Below, in pieces: positions 61,701 to 64,000 of a DNA stretch of 64,000 nt (positions are counted from its first letter, which is position 1; the number at the start of each line of letters is the position of its first letter). Origin of the DNA: Macrostomum hystrix (lineage: Eukaryota; Animalia; Platyhelminthes). A program made the translations under genes and the position numbers. The notes beneath the pieces are model-generated. The model worked only from the letters and a program-made list of their open reading frames with translations, had not been told where the DNA came from and searched no databases. The stretch is taken from the NCBI GenBank assembly GCA_950097015.1, contig CATNEN010000038.1:26598001-26662000 (forward strand), in the 5' to 3' direction.

Positions 61701-63153
61701 GCATGAGTTTAATGAGAAGCTGCATGAGTCTAATGAGAAGCTGCATGAGTTTAATGAGAAGCTGCATGATTCTAATGAGAAGCTGCATGAGTTTAATGAG
61801 AAGCTGCATGAGTCTAATGAGAAGCTGCATGAGTCTAATGAGAAGCTGCATGAGTCCAATGAGAAGCTGCATGAGTTTAATGAGAAGCTGCATGAGTTTA
61901 ATGAGAAGCTGCATGAGTCTAATGAGAAGCTGCATGAGTCTAATGAGAAGCTGCATGATTTTAATGAGAAAGTACATGAGTTTAATGAGAAGCTGCATGA
62001 GTTGAATGAGAAGCTGCATGAGTTTAATGAGAAGCCGCATGAGTCCAATGAGAAGCTGCATGAGTCTAATGAGAAGCTGCATGATTTTAATGAGAAAGTA
62101 CATGAGTTTAATGAGAAGCTGCATGAGTTTAATGAGAAGCTGCATGAGTCCAATGAGAAGCTGCATGAGTCTAATGAGAAGCTGCATGAGTCTAATGAGA
62201 AGCTGCATGATTTTAATGAGAAAGTACATGAGTTTAATGAGAAGCTGCATGAGTTTAATGAGAAGCTGCATGAGTCCAATGAGAAGCTGCATGAGTTTAA
62301 TGAGAAGCTGCATGAGTTTAATGAGAAGCTGCATGAGTCTAATGAGAAGCTGCATGAGTCTAATGAGAAGCTGCATGATTTTAATGAGAAAGTACATGAG
62401 TTTAATGAGAAGCTGCATGAGTTTAATGAGAAGCTGCATGAGTCCAATGAGAAGCTGCATGAGTTTAATGAGAAGCTGCATGAGTTTAATGAGAAGCTGC
62501 ATGAGTCTAATGAGAAGCTGCATGAGTCTAATGAGAAGCTGCATGAGTCTAATGAGAAGCTGCATGATTTTAATGAGAAAGTACATGAGTTTAATGAGAA
62601 GCTGCATGAGTTTAATGAGAAGCTGCATGAGTTTAATGAGAAGCCGCATGAGTCCAATGAGAAGCTGCATGAGTCTAATGAGAAGCTGCATGATTTTAAT
62701 GAGAAAGTACATGAGTTTAATGAGAAGCCGCATGAGTTTAATGAGAAGCTGCATGAGTCCAATGAGAAGCTGCATGAGTCTAATGAGAAGCTGCAGGAGT
62801 CTAATGAGAAGCTGCATGATTTTAATGAGAAAGTACATGAGTTTAATGAGAAGCTGCATGAGTCCAATGAGAGGCTGCATGAGTCCAATGAGAAGCTGCA
62901 TGAGTTGAATGAGAAGCTGCATGAGTCCAATGAGAAGCTGCATGAGTCCAATGAGAAGCTGCATGAGTTGAATGAGAAGCTGCATGAGTCCAATGAGAAG
63001 CTGCATGAGTCCAATGAGAAGCTGCATGAGTCCAATGAGAAGCTGCATGAGTCCAATGAGAAGCTGCATGAGTCCAATGAGAAGCTGCATGAGTCCAATG
63101 AGAAGCTGCATGAGTCCAATGAGAAGCTGCATGAGTTTAATGAGAAGCTGCAT
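58776..63153. repeat. 21-bp satellite, right block (~208 units) with a 1890-bp higher-order duplication
   Basis: Rare variants recur at +1890 (CCAACGAG-bearing unit at 59221/61111; CTGCAGGAGT at 60901/62791). ORFs 60116..61018 and 62006..62908 are identical. Confidence 0.97.
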
Positions 63154-63272
63154 CTCATTGCCGTTAGAGAGCAAAGAGTTGATTGCTCTTTGCCAGACAA
63201 TCCAGTCGTGATGTTCAAAGTTATTTTTTCATAGCTGCTTACATTAGCATCCGAGTCAGTATTAAACAGAAT

Positions 63273-63360
63273 CTCAGGAGTCAGCGCAATGGACAGAATT
63301 GCCTCCTCGATGGCTGCGGGTCCAGTGTCACCAAATGATGTGCCATTGCCCGCAGCCCCT
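63273..63360 (+). mobile_element. 3' fragment homologous to SINE family A
   Basis: Reverse complement aligns closely with 27480-27567. Confidence 0.7.
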
Positions 63361-64000
63361 TTCAAATGTGAGAATGAGTGTAGTGAGAAAAAATTAAAAG
63401 TCAAAGTACATATAACAGATAGAATTATTCTGGCAAGGCTATCAATCCGATTGTATCAACAGCACAAAAATTGCCAATTGAAGTTTATATTTCAAAATAA
63501 ATATTAAAAATGGAAGCAAAAATAGCTTCTTTTAGCTAATAGGCCAATAGAATTAAGCTAAATACATCTAAATAATGAATTTATATTTGTAATCTGCAAA
63601 ATGTAGTAAATCGACAACGTAAAAGAAATTAATCCAACAATCACACGCACACAAAAATGACACAATACAATTTGTCTAAAAGATATTGTAGCACAATTGT
63701 TCGTAGCAAAACAGTGGGACAAAAATAACTGTGTCCTCAAAAGCGAACGATAAAAGAAGCAGACAATTACGAGTAGATAGTCATTATGCGATTGGAAGCA
63801 AAAAATTGACTGCTGAGCAACGAAAATTGCCACAAAATTGAGAGCAGAAATTAGCACTGCTCTTTAATACTTACAGACTATAACCTAAATCGATCATCAA
63901 ATATTTCATTCGATTCAAAAAGCGAATCAATTTACACTTTTAGTGAAAACGAGAACGATCAGACAGTTGATTAGGCAATCAAGCCGCATGTAATTATGTC

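Noticed and set aside
63290-63360. HDV-like ribozyme suggested by GCC-TCCTCGAT-GGC
   Set aside because: No 7-bp P1 followed by GG and no P2 closure; simple hairpins explain the sequence better.

Overview
Eukaryotic (metazoan) genomic DNA with spliceosomal introns. GC-rich exons, poly-Q/poly-A tracts and introns filled with minisatellites resemble a free-living flatworm such as Macrostomum; this assignment is inference only. Five intact multi-exon genes could be reconstructed by hand with consistent splice phases: a syntaxin-7/12-like Qa-SNARE (-), a SPOP-like MATH-BTB protein (-), SMARCE1/BAF57 (+), CAND1 (+, 14 coding exons, one GC-AG intron) and EF1-alpha (+). A tRNA-Leu(AAG) gene lies antisense inside a CAND1 intron. 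The strongest hidden signal is a U17/snR30 (SNORA73)-type H/ACA snoRNA, with the m1/m2 motifs and correctly spaced ACA box, inside the EF1-alpha coding intron. The rest is repeats: about 15 unrelated tandem arrays (mostly one private family per intron), a degenerate D,D34D mariner, hAT-like and MULE-like MITEs with target-site duplications (TSDs), tRNA-derived SINEs, Gypsy LTR-retrotransposon remnants, and a ~6 kb 21-bp satellite with a 1890-bp higher-order duplication. Most long ORFs in the supplied track are translations of tandem repeats, not genes. I found no CRISPR or prokaryotic system, and no wholly new system can be claimed from sequence alone.
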